NCBI RefSeq assembly: GCF_001194135.2 | Contig: NC_068983.1 | Span: 75,033,436 to 75,078,369, forward strand | Direction of reading: 5' to 3' | DNA length: 44,934 nt | From: Octopus bimaculoides | Taxonomy: Eukaryota | Notes under the pieces: model-generated | Told to the model about the DNA's origin: nothing | What the model saw: the letters and a program-made list of their open reading frames with translations, nothing else | Databases searched by the model: none | Translations under genes and position numbers: made by a program | Part shown: positions 25,750 to 37,391 of the stretch, one piece after another | How positions within the stretch are numbered: position 1 is the stretch's first letter | Layout: every line of letters begins with the position of its first letter

Positions 25750-26330
25750 CCCGAAGAGCCCAGCTTTTCGAGATTTCTACGTAGGCATTTAATGGCAAAA
25801 ACCTGCTGCCATGAACAACCCCTCCTTCGCACCTCTATTTGTCCTTGATTATTTATGAATGAGCACAGAGTACGAAAACCAACCATATATATTGCAAGCA
25901 GAATTCGAGAATGAACAACGAATTCTAGCATTAAATATTTAAACACATAATTATTAAATTCTAAAAATACATTGAAGAGAGTAGAAAGATGGAATAAATT
26001 TAAAATTCCAAATTTTATTTTATTCACCTAGTGCCATTATATTAATAGTTAAGTTGATATAAGACTAATTCTATTTATTTTCGGATCCTAAAGAAAGCTT
26101 CAAGATACACACCTTTTAAACAGTTATTGCAGAGATATTGAACAAGTTCTTGGACAGTAACTGAACGAATCTATGATGCGGTGGAATATTAATGTGTGTT
26201 TGTATTTGTATGAATCTTTCTATTTCAGTCTTTGAATTCTTGCTATAAATGGGATTGTTTTTAACAAAGGAATAAAATTTGATGGTTGAAAAATTAGGCA
26301 ATAATAACGACATGTTATATATTGAATTTT
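25750..26330 (-). mobile_element. Possible highly decayed Penelope-like RT fragment
   Basis: Weak resemblance of IPPHHRFV and FLEFNNYVFKY...ILLAIYMVGF to PLE RT motifs. No intact catalytic motif was seen. Confidence 0.3.
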
Positions 26331-26697
26331 AGAAGTCCTTAATATTTTCACTACCTATAGAGAGAATTTGCGTATATTGTGTTTGCTAGTTAGTTACCCT
26401 GCCTGAAAAATATTTTATTTTATGAGAAAAATCAAATAACTAGAACAAATGTCAAAAATTAAGGGTCAAATTTTAAAGAATCCTTGAAATACCAGTAATT
26501 CAATATAAGAGCTAACCAAATTTTCGAATTACATTGCAATGAACCATTTCTTGTTTTCTTGGTTTCAAATATCTTAAAACATCCTTCAAACTGAATATCA
26601 AAACTGCATTAATCTCATTGTTATCCGGATCAAGACGAACAGCAAAGGCTTGAGAATTTTATTTTCTCCTCTGCCATATCTCTATACTTTCAAATGT

Positions 26698-26736
26698 TAC
26701 TAACAAAAAAATATCTTTTTATTTTTTCTATTTCAG
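26698..26736 (+). promoter_or_regulatory. Branch point and 3' splice site of the M3 exon
   Basis: Perfect TACTAAC at 26698-26704, then TCTTTTTATTTTTTCTATTTCAG. Confidence 0.75.
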
Positions 26737-26909
26737 GTATCTATTTAACAGTCATTATGGCTCTGACTTCATTGTCTGTAATTTTGGCTGTTATCGTATC
26801 CAATATCAATAACCGAGGATTCCATCAGAAAAAGTTACCATCGTGTGTCCTAACGTTTATTACTCTCACCTCAAAATTGGTTTGTTATAAGTTGGAATAT
26901 ATTCACAAG
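26737..26909 (+). CDS. nAChR-like Cys-loop receptor subunit, M3 exon (internal, phase 1 to 0)
   Basis: Translates (G)IYLTVIMALTSLSVILAVIVSNINNRGFHQKKLPSCVLTFITLTSKLVCYKLEYIHK, a typical M3 helix plus post-M3/MX segment. Acceptor TTTCAG and donor AAG|GTGAGT; length 173 = 2+57x3. Confidence 0.9.
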
Positions 26910-26936
26910 GTGAGTGAACACCAACTGAACATACTG

Positions 26937-27001
<65 letters not shown>

Positions 27002-27737
27002 ACCGGTCGGCGAAGTAGCAAAATTGGTAGAGCATCAGAATAAATACTTTACGGTACATGCGCTAGTCTCAAATTATTGATCCCGCCTTGAAGATAGATT
27101 TAGAACAAATTTTTAAAAAAGCTGACGGTTAAACAAACAGACACAGTTATAACCACGCGTAGTTACATTTTGAGAAACACAAAAGAAAAACTTACGAAAC
27201 CACTAGCTTAAAGGACAATAACAAAATATCAGCAGCAACCCAACTTCCGCTAGAGTTACAAACCAAAAGGAAGTAATAGACATTAGTCAGCTCCAGAAGA
27301 GGAAAAGATGTGGAAAGGTTATGTTACCAAATATATGGTCTTCTGATCAAAGTATTTACTTAAAATAAGATAAATAGAAAATTGAAGCTTCCATATGCTT
27401 CGATTAGAAGAGCTGGAGAAAGATTTAATCAATGTGTGGAAAGGTGTGTTTCGTTGACCGAAGCAGGTTATGTGAAAACACATGTACTGCGATACATTCC
27501 CTTCACCAGCTAGCGACTGGAGATAACAAAACATTCAAATTCTTCTCACAGCATCTCACCCTCCAGCTATTGTACCCCGTCATCGATACAACCATTTTAC
27601 TAAACCAATGGAAGCTGCAAGCGGCAACGGTTATTTTGTTTTGATATTTGCTGAAAATTTATTTTTCATTTTTAGCCTTGGTTTTTTTTTTCCACATGCT
27701 TGTATTTCTGTGACATCCACTTTGCTTTCTTCTATAG

Positions 27738-27785
27738 TTCGTAAATCACTGCTCTGCTTTTCCTCCTAAGTCTAATGTCAAACAG
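27738..27785 (+). CDS. Candidate 48-nt in-frame exon in the M3-M4 intracellular loop (FVNHCSAFPPKSNVKQ)
   Basis: Acceptor CCACTTTGCTTTCTTCTATAG and donor CAG|GTAAGA. Exactly 16 codons, stop-free in phase 0, matching the phase-0 junction between the flanking exons. No homology support. Confidence 0.6.
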
Positions 27786-27982
27786 GTAAGACAGCATAAG
27801 ACTAGCTACAAATTCACGATATCCTAGCTTCTGCGAGATGTACACTGGGATTTTAACTTTCTACACTACGAAACTGGATGTAGCAAACAACAAAGATTTT
27901 ATGCCCTAGATTTACTGCGCCACATGAATTAATTTAAAGATAAAGAACGCTATCGTTTTAAATTGATTATTGATACATCACC

Positions 27983-28200
27983 AAGGCGACGATCTGGCAG
28001 AATCGTTCGCATGCCGAAAAAATGCTTAGTGACATTTCTTTCGGTTTTCCTTTCTGAGTTCAAATGCCACCGAAGTCAATTTTGCTTTTCATCTTTTCGG
28101 ATTCGATAAAATTAAGTTCTAGTCAAGACTGAGTCCGATGTAATCGTCTAACCCCTTCCCTCAAAATTTCATGCCTTATGCCTTTTGTAGACAGAATTAT
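27983..28200 (+). mobile_element. SINE family A in the last intron
   Basis: GGCGACGATCTGGCAGAATCGTT...TTTCATCTTTTCGGATTCGATAAAATTAAG. Ends ~65 nt before the last acceptor. Confidence 0.75.
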
Positions 28201-28265
28201 AAAAAACATCGTTATATACTCTCATTTGAATATACTTGCTAATTGTTATCCTTTTTTATTGCCAG

Positions 28266-28718
28266 GTAAAATATGAAGAAATAAAGTCCTCTTCATTCCA
28301 AGTGGTTGTTAAACGAAACAAGAAGAAATACACTCGGGCACATCCGAGTGAATCTGGGTGCAATCTCATAGAGTTCGAAAGCAATGATCAGACTGCATAT
28401 TCAAGTCGCGCGGTCGAAGACAGCAACTTAACACATCGAGGCACTCACAGAACTAAAGGCGTGCAGGTATCTTGCGGATCAGAGAGTCCGCGTTCATGGG
28501 AAGCCGAAGAGATACTCGCGAAACTACAGATTCTGCTCAACAGAGAAGAAGAGAAACTACATGAACTAGCCTTAATGAAACAATGGCAGGAAGTTGCTGA
28601 AGTCGTTGACCGCTTACTGTTCTGGATGTTTGTGCTTTCCACTTTGTTCTGTTCACTTTCCATACTTGTCTTCATACCGATGACCAAGTCAAAACAAGCG
28701 ATTGACATTGAAGAATGA
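28266..28718 (+). CDS. nAChR-like Cys-loop receptor subunit, terminal exon (intracellular loop, MA helix, M4, stop)
   Basis: After the acceptor CTAAT...CCTTTTTTATTGCCAG, 150 codons plus TGA, ending EILAKLQILLNREEEKLHELALMKQWQEVAEVVDRLLFWMFVLSTLFCSLSILVFIPMTKSKQAIDIEE*. WxxVAxVVDR followed by a hydrophobic helix is the canonical pre-M4/M4 signature. Confidence 0.93.
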   Translation, partial: VKYEEIKSSSFQVVVKRNKKKYTRAHPSESGCNLIEFESNDQTAYSSRAVEDSNLTHRGTHRTKGVQVSCGSESPRSWEAEEILAKLQILLNREEEKLHELALMKQWQEVAEVVDRLLFWMFVLSTLFCSLSILVFIPMTKSKQAIDIEE

Positions 28719-29679
28719 AATACAAATATAATAGGAGGAAAACATTTAAACTTATGTTTGTATTCAGAATCATATATAATGTAATGAAAGTGTATATATA
28801 TGTACATATACGTATATAAATATATGTATATATACATATATTCCTAAATACATATATGCATGCATACATATATTCACCTGTATATACACACATATAAATA
28901 CACCTATCTGTGTGCACATATACGTGTGCCTATGTTCTTGCACGCACTGACATATAAACTTAGCTCGGAAGAACATTCTTCAAAATAGATCGGATTTAAT
29001 CGCCCACAAGACAAATATGAAAAGAAATAAATCTCTTAATTGAAACTTCAAGCTACAAACTTTGTTTCTATGTGACAGACATGAAAAACAAGGAATACAC
29101 ATACGTAATGAAATCATGGAAAATGCAACCACAAAATCAATAATAATAATGATGATGATGATGATGATGATGATGATTATAATCATATTACTATTACTAT
29201 GAATAATATTATTACCATTTTTATTATCGCCATTTTGGTAGTAATATTGATGATTGATGATGATGATGATCAACATTATTATGTTCATGATAACGAAGTA
29301 TATAATGATTAACACTTCACATGAACTATATCTTATTGCAAAAAAAAAAAAGAAGCGAAATATGGTGTGGACATGTCAAATTCCATCATCGCATCAAACA
29401 AGATTTGAAACTATATGAATCAATTGGGGTTTTTTTTTGTATTTTTTGTTGTTGTCTGTTTCCATTTTAATTTTATCCGTGAAAATTAAATTAGTACAGT
29501 ATAATGCATGTTACCGTGAGATGCATACAAAGATGTATCTATGTATATATAACTATGCATGTTTTTATACATAGATTTATTAATGTATGTGCATGAAGAA
29601 ATAATGTGCTAAATATAAACAAATATTTATTTGCATTGAGAGAGTATATATATATATATACATTCATTTCTACGTGTGT

Positions 29680-29756
29680 ATATATATATACACATATGCT
29701 TATATAGTATGCGTATATTATATGTTTATATTATACATATAATATACGTATTTATA

Positions 29757-29828
<72 letters not shown>

Positions 29829-29960
29829 CAGTTATATACATATAAGTATATATATATAATATAATATAATATAATATCATGTAATATAGTATAATATGAT
29901 TGTATAATATGTATATATATATGCGCACATATTCACATATATAATATGTGTGTGTGTATG

Positions 29961-30005
<45 letters not shown>

Positions 30006-30174
30006 ATGTATATATATATATATGTGTGTGTGTCTGTGTGTGTCTGTGTGTATGCATATATATATATATACTCATATGCATATGTATATATATGTGTGTA
30101 TATATGTACATGTATATATATATGTATATATATATGTATATATATATATATATTTGTATATATATACATATATA

Positions 30175-30252
<78 letters not shown>

Positions 30253-30340
30253 TATACATGTATATATATGTATATATATATACATACATACATACATACA
30301 TACATGCATACATATACATGCATACGTATACATGTGTGTA
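29680..30340. repeat. Long compound (TA)/(TG)/(CATA) microsatellite block downstream of the gene
   Basis: Directly visible, ~650 bp. Confidence 0.95.
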
Positions 30341-31222
30341 CAGAATTATATCTAATAATTACAAACGTATAAAGAGTCTTACAAACATTTTACGGGACAG
30401 TTCAAAATTACACATGTTCAATTTTCGAACGAACTCTGTTCTTCCATAGTGGATTTTATTTATACACATTACACTGACGCACATCAATAGTATAATTACA
30501 CAAAGTAATGTGTAATCCTGAAATACTGTAATTGCATGAAATTATGCGAAGTGGTTTTGAACTTGGGATATTGTTATACACTTCATACCTCGGCATTAAC
30601 TAGATGATTTATTGAATAGTAAATGTCAAATGTGCATATATCCAACCAAAATGGTTATAAACTCTTTCAAAAAAATTTTTAAATCAAGAAATCATATTGC
30701 ATTATATACATCGACTTTAATGAGCAACCGTTGTAGAAGACATATCGTAACCACGTAATCTAAACAAATAAATTAGAATTCTTTACGATGATCGTTGAGA
30801 AATTAAACGGATTTGGCTATGAATAAAGGTAATTTGGAATGTTGTGAAACAATGATCTGTTTACTCATGATTTTCGTTTTTCATTATAACTTCACTACAA
30901 AAATATTTGTAAGTTGTTTCTATGCTATGCTTAGTGTTAACAAATTTAACAGATTTGTTTTAGTGGTCTCTTAAAAAAGAACTACAGTTATAAATTAGCA
31001 TATATGAATGAATATATACATTGTACATATTTATACATTTATATGTCTATTGTTGCATCATTATTTCGCAACGTTTATACTCAAAATTATTACTACACGT
31101 ATATATTTTTTTTTCTTTTTGACACAATATATAAAAACACCAGCATAAATGAAAGACCGACGAAAATAAATTTGAGTGTATATATATATATATAAAGAAT
31201 ATACATGTTCACATATATACGC

Positions 31223-31255
<33 letters not shown>

Positions 31256-31323
31256 CTTGAATGTGACTATTTCTGCGTATAAATATATTTAAACATATAC
31301 ATGATATATACGCATATATACAG

Positions 31324-31405
<82 letters not shown>

Positions 31406-32543
31406 GGTACGGGTAGTGTATTACAGGATATTGCTTGAACTGTTTTCTGTGGTTTTAGTGTCTTACAATCGTAATATGAATTTCAATTATTGTATATTTG
31501 TAAATCAACCACATATGCTCACAAAACCAGCATACAAACACACATGTACATATGTGAATAAATGTACATATGCATACGAATACAGATACACACATAAAAA
31601 CACACACATACACACACATATAAATTCCATATGGGCTATAGCCTTGGAGTTTACTTTATAAAGCCCATACACTTGTATCGGCTGTCAGATATTATCATCG
31701 AGCGAAGATGGATCGCTTCATTGATGACATATCTGAAAATTTGTAACTATCTGTTGAGTTTATATAAACATTTACCAGGGGAATGGAGTAATCAGCTCGC
31801 TTTATTGCATAATTCAACAATTGTTTCATCTACGATTTACCAGAAGTTGATTACAGGAATATTATTTTATAATATATGAAATAATATACCGAGTCAGTAT
31901 TATTCCAAAAATACTGGAAAATATCGGCACTTCAGGTCTATGTATAAACCTAAATGTTGAATAAGCCGCAATTTTTCAAAAATATATAACCCATGTTGAA
32001 GATGTTCATGTCATTTCCTTAGCATATCAATAGTTAAAACAATAACAAATACACGAATCCAAACTAACCGGTCAGAAAATAGGGGAATTAAAGAGAAGAA
32101 AAAATGGAAAATAAATAAATAAATGAACAGATTCAGTGTAATGAGATAACGTCTTTGTTTCTTCGGACTTATACATTTATTAAAAGATAGCGTCTTCTTT
32201 ACAGTCATTAGGGTGGCTGACCGCACGACTTAGCATTTATTTAGTAATTTGATACTGTTCTCTGTTACCCACAGCTAACTGTTAAGAGCTTTACACCATC
32301 AATTGATTCAGTAGCGGACTGCTAGTAAAACTATTTATGACATTTACCCACTCACACAAACATACAAACATATTTTTTAGGCAGAAATGATGTCATTGTT
32401 AAGATGTATTTTTTAAACATAATAAACTAAATTAAATGATGTAAAATATTCATGATGTATAATTTTAGAGAATATTCAAGATGTATGATTTTGGAAACAA
32501 AGATTTTTGTCTTATATACTATATCTGTTCATTTACTTTTTTA

Positions 32544-32936
32544 TTGTGTTGATTCAAAAGTTTTGCAATATCTTGGTAATTCATTTGCTTTATTCAAGTT
32601 ACAACAAAAGCTGACGAACATCAAAAATAGAGATCATCGTGTTGCACAGTTTAAAGCCACCTTTCTGCTAGGTCTTTGATCCCATTATTACTTGTTCAGA
32701 TCCATGGCTCACTTCTTGCGCTCGCGAGGCTTCATCAACCAAGAGGAGGTGGAAGTTTCAATGAAAAAGTCCTTCACCTTGAAGGACAAGAACTGGGATC
32801 AAAGAACTGGAAAAAAGATGGCTTGAAACGTTGTATTACGATGGCCTCTACTTTGAATGCTGGACTGCTTTGTTGTAACTTGACGAATAAAGCAAATAAG
32901 TTACCAAAATATTACAAAAGGTTTGACTCAACACAA
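32544..32936 (+). mobile_element. Internally deleted mariner (MITE-like), ~70-bp TIRs, TA target duplication
   Basis: TA|TTGTGTTGATTCAAAAGTTTTG... and ...GTTTGACTCAACACAA|TA. The interior encodes YYLFRSMAHFLRSRGFINQEEVE...KDKNW / GIKELEKRWLETLYYDGLYFE, the C-terminus of a mariner transposase. Confidence 0.9.
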
Positions 32937-33061
32937 TATTCATGAGTTTATTTTCTATTTACTTTCTCGCTTTTTTTAATTTCTTGTATTCCCTGACCTG
33001 TTATTTTGGATTTGTGATTTATTTTAAGTATGTTTTTGTTTTAATTATTGATACGATAATG

Positions 33062-33253
33062 GTTTCAAATTTTGACTCAAAGGCCAGCAGTTTCAAGGAA
33101 AGGAAGAAGTTCAAACCCAGTTCTTTACTCGTACATCCCAAAAGGATGAAAGTTAAAGTCGATCTCAGCTGAATTTGAACACAGAATCTACATACGGATG
33201 AAAAGCCACCAAGCATTTTATCCGTCGTGATAACAGTTCTGCCAGCTCACCGC
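33062..33253 (-). mobile_element. SINE family A
   Basis: Reverse complement of family A (AAAAGGATGAAAGTTAAAGTCGA...TTCTGCCAGCTCACCGC). Confidence 0.75.
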
Positions 33254-33611
33254 TCTAGATTATTGATATGCTAAGGATATGATATGAGCAACTTCAATGA
33301 AGATTATTTATTTTTGTAAAATTGTGGCTTATTCAGCATTTCGATTTCTACATAGACCTAAAGTACCGATATTTTCAAGTATTGTCGGAATAATACTGAT
33401 TCGATATATTATTTCATACCTTATTTTATAATATTCTTATAATCAACTTCGGGTAAAGCGTAGCTGAAACAATTGTCGAATTATGAAATAAAACGAGTTG
33501 GTGACTCAGTTTCTTTGTTAATGTGTGTGTATATACATACATACGTACATACATAATATATATATATATACATACATATATATATACATATATATATATA
33601 TGTGTACACAC

Positions 33612-33724
<113 letters not shown>

Positions 33725-34353
33725 TAAAAGGCAAATAAGAAAATCGAGAAGATAAACAATCGACAAACATCAGCCAGTAAACATTCAATTATATCTATTT
33801 ATTAATTGATTACAAACATACGTGTAAGTGATCCAAGTAAACGAATGAAATAAGTCGATAAATACGTAAACAGATATATATAGAAATAAATGAATAATGA
33901 TAATAGAGTGTGCAAATACTAAACTCTTACAGCCGTTTCTACCATGAGGCTGCCAATTCTTCCAAGTTATCCTCATCATGTCAGTGATATACAGGGATGA
34001 ACAAACATTGAACAGGGATTGGACAATGGTTGAACCACAAGGCTTCTTCAGAGAGTCCAAAGTGATAACAATAGTAATACTAATGATGGGTATAACGTCA
34101 ATACTATCAATAATAAAAATTATTACCCTAATAATAGCAGTAGACCAAAGAACAATAATCCTAATCATGAGAACGAAGGAAACGATACTGTCTGGCTAAT
34201 ACTATCATATGCTATGCAATAAGAATAGGTTATAGTCTGACACATAACCTGGCTACTATCATCTCCATGAATAATTAAAAAAAACTTAACACCTTCTACT
34301 TAAATAGAAAATATAACAGCAGTAATACACACACTAATAATAATAAAATAATA

Positions 34354-34628
34354 AAAGGGCTGATTACTACCTAGCTCAGATACCAGGAAACCCCAAAATG
34401 GCTGAAGTTCAAAAGATAGTGCTCATGGGAACTGCCCATATCCTACGTAAAATACTGTCTATGTGATCTCAAATTTTAAAATATTCTCCAGAACAACACT
34501 ACAAATTCAAATATATGGTACCCTAGGCATAACACCTACATGAACTTCTAACTTGTTGTCTCTTGAGGTCTCTGGGTGAGACTTGGATCCAACTTGTACA
34601 AATGCAAAACAAAAGTCAAACATAAAAT
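34354..34628 (+). mobile_element. 3' tail of R4/Dong-like RLE LINE (variant 1)
   Basis: YLAQIPGNPKMAEVQKIVLMGTAHILRKILSM*, then a 3' UTR ending in (AAT)n. Confidence 0.7.
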
Positions 34629-34652
34629 AATAATAATAATGATGATGATAAT

Positions 34653-34886
34653 GGTAGTAGTACCAATAATTGTCGGAGCCCTGGGAACAGTGAGTAAAAA
34701 TCTTGAGAAGTACATGGAACAAATAGGGGCTGTAATAAGGGTGGAACACTTGCAGAAAACAGCTTTGCTTGGAACCGTTCGATTACTCCAGAAGGTGCTC
34801 GAAAAATAAGGAGTGTTACCTTAGTTCACTGGTAGTGAACAGCTGACACCGTAGTACATCTCTAGCGTTAGAAGCTGTGCAAATGC

Positions 34887-34887
<1 letters not shown>
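34653..34887 (+). mobile_element. 3' tail of R4/Dong-like RLE LINE (variant 2)
   Basis: VVVPIIVGALGTVSKNLEKYMEQIGAVIRVEHLQKTALLGTVRLLQKVLEK*, then a short UTR followed by a long (AAT)n. Confidence 0.8.
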
Positions 34888-34963
<76 letters not shown>

Positions 34964-35784
34964 CACTAATCATAGCAATAGTAATTATACCGCACCTAAA
35001 GATATCCCCAATATACATACTAACCATACCAGTGTAGACCCCGCACAACAGTATAGATCTTGTGATTGTAAAGATAGTAATGATTGTATCTTTAGTAATA
35101 GAAAAGAAATAGTTTACCAATGTGTAGTGAGTACTCAATCGAGTAATAAGGTATATGTGGGGGCCACCCAAAACCACATGAAATGTAGACTAAATCATCA
35201 TCTGCATACCTTCAGAAACAGAAATAGAAGGACTTCAACTGGTTTAAGTAACTATATTTGGGACCTCAAAGATAAGGGTATTAGCTATGAGCTACATTGG
35301 AAAATCTTAGCCTCAGCACCTTCGTATCATGTAAAGAATAAAATGCTTGTTGTGTGTAAGTGAGATTCTTTTTATATTAAAGGCCTATTTTCCTGTACTT
35401 AACAATAAAAAAGAGAGAAATGTTTTTTTCCTTCATAAGGCTAAGCTCACTTTCTCTAAATATCATTAATATTAACTGTTATTGGTGCGAGTGTCTCCTT
35501 TAATAATAATACTATTTCCCTAATCTAAATACTATATATTGCCATCCTTTCTTAAAATATGTGTGAGACAACTTTCTCTACATACTCCATACACTCTATA
35601 TACCCTATATATTATTCTCTTTATAAATAAACTTACACCTTGCTTATAGATATATATGTGTGTGTGTGTGTGCGTGTGTGTGTGTGTGCGTGTATAAATA
35701 TATATATATGTCTTGTGTGAGTGTGTGTGTATGTGTGTGTGTATACATAGATATAAATGTTTTTACTAAGTTTTTTTTTTTAAT

Positions 35785-36278
35785 TTGCATAGCATATGGT
35801 AATATTAGCCAGACAGTATCGTTTCCTTTGTTCGCATGATTAGGATTATTGTTCTTTGGTCTATTGCTATTATTAGGGTAATAATTTTTATTATTAATAG
35901 TATTGACGTTATACCCATCATTAGTATTACTATTGTTATCACTTTGGACTCTCTGAAGAAGCCTTGTGGTTCAATCATTGTCCAATACTTGTTCAATGTT
36001 TGTTCATCCCTGTATATCACTGACATGATGAGGGTAACTTGGAAGATTTGGTAGCTTCATAGTAGAAACGGTTGTAAGAGTTTCGTATTTGTACACTCTA
36101 TTATTATTCATTTATTTCTATATATATATCTGTTTACTTATTTATTGACTTATTTCATTCGTTTATTTGGATCACTTACACATATGTTTGTAATCAACTA
36201 ATAAATAGATATAATTGAATGTTTACTGGCTGATATTTGTCGATTGTTTATCCTCTCCATTTTCCTATTTGCCTTATA
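35785..36278 (-). repeat. Inverted duplicate of 33725-34219 (Penelope linker region)
   Basis: Roughly 90-95% identical by eye. ORFs 33978-34199 (+) and 35805-36026 (-) give almost the same 73-aa translation. Confidence 0.9.
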
Positions 36279-37391
36279 AACCCTGGGTAAATTTCTAATT
36301 TACCTCTACCTGTACATATTATTCAGTTGCGATATTGCCATGCAATAGTAAGCACTTGGTTATAAATACGTAGGTATTTAATATCCCTTAGATGGTTACT
36401 TAACCTCTAACTCATACAGACATAAATATATATATATATATATATANNNNNNNNNNNNNNNNNNNNNNNNNNNNNNNNNNNNNNNNNNNNNNNNNNNNNN
36501 NNNNNNNNNNNNNNNNNNNNNNNNNNNNNNNNNNNNNNNNNNNNNNNNNNNNNNNNNNNNNNNNNNNNNNNNNNNNNNNNNNNNNNNNNNNNNNNNNNNN
36601 NNNNNNNNNNNNNNNNNNNNNNNNNNTATATAAACACAAATACACTACCGAATTTCTGACGGCTGACGGTCGGTTACTTCTTTAAATTCGGTAATCTGGA
36701 CATAATTTTGTGAGTACATTTATTTCTGAATCCATTTGTAGTAGCTTTTTTCCTGGTTACCCATCATGGCGCATATTTGCGTATTCGCTAATAACATATC
36801 ACGAAGGGAGCACACACTCCCTTAGCTTATGTATAATAATATAATGATGTAAATATTCTAAACGAAAACTAATACCGCATATTACCCCATTAAGGAATCG
36901 CTTCTGTGAAGAGCAAGTTAATAGATAACTTACTCTCGCTGCAGAGAGAATACAGTATCCTCTCATGGAAGATAAAAAAAATAAATATATGCGCTTCACA
37001 GTTTCAAGAGAGTGTCTGGTGTGGATCCAGCAGGTGGGAGATCAGCGTGTGGCATTAGATTCTGTTTTAAATGCTTGCGCTTTAATGTTGCTGAAAGGTT
37101 AAAAGAATGTTCCCAACTTTATAACATGTTTCTATTGAAAATATAAAAAAAAAAAAAGGTGTATCCTGAAAGTTTTGGAAGCGAATAGTTATTAACAACG
37201 TAGTAGCAGCCTTCTAAGAATTTACTCAGAGTTATTATAAGGTCATTTCTTATAGCAATAGGGATAATTTAGTACAGATCTAGAGCCTTGGATGCTGGAA
37301 ACTTGATGTACTTGTATATATATATGTAATGTACATGTATGTGTGGGGGGATTTTATGTATATGTATGCATGTATGTATGTATGTTTGTAT

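Larger units (their letters stand above)
31780..33513. repeat. Pair of ~250-bp inverted repeats (31780-32032 and 33261-33513)
   Basis: CCTTAGCATATCAATA / TATTGATATGCTAAGG, AAAATATCGGCACTTCAGGTCTATGTA / TACATAGACCTAAAGTACCGATATTTT and ACAATTGTTTCA / TGAAACAATTGT. Moderately diverged. Confidence 0.75.
33725..35470 (+). mobile_element. Penelope-like element remnant (RT-EN linker plus GIY-YIG), interrupted by LINE tails
   Basis: Asn-rich linker, GNDTVWLILSYAMQ, IGYSLTHNLATIISMNN, then SCDCK...IVYQCVVSTQSSNKVYVGATQNHMKCRLNHHLHTFRN...STGLSNYIWDLKDKGISYELHWKIL (ORF 35127-35363), a PLE-type GIY-YIG domain. Confidence 0.8.

Noticed and set aside
33978-34199. Duplicated 73-aa hydrophobic ORF (also 35805-36026) that looks like a small membrane-protein gene pair
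   Set aside because: It is an alternative frame of the AAT-rich Penelope linker, duplicated by the inverted repeat.
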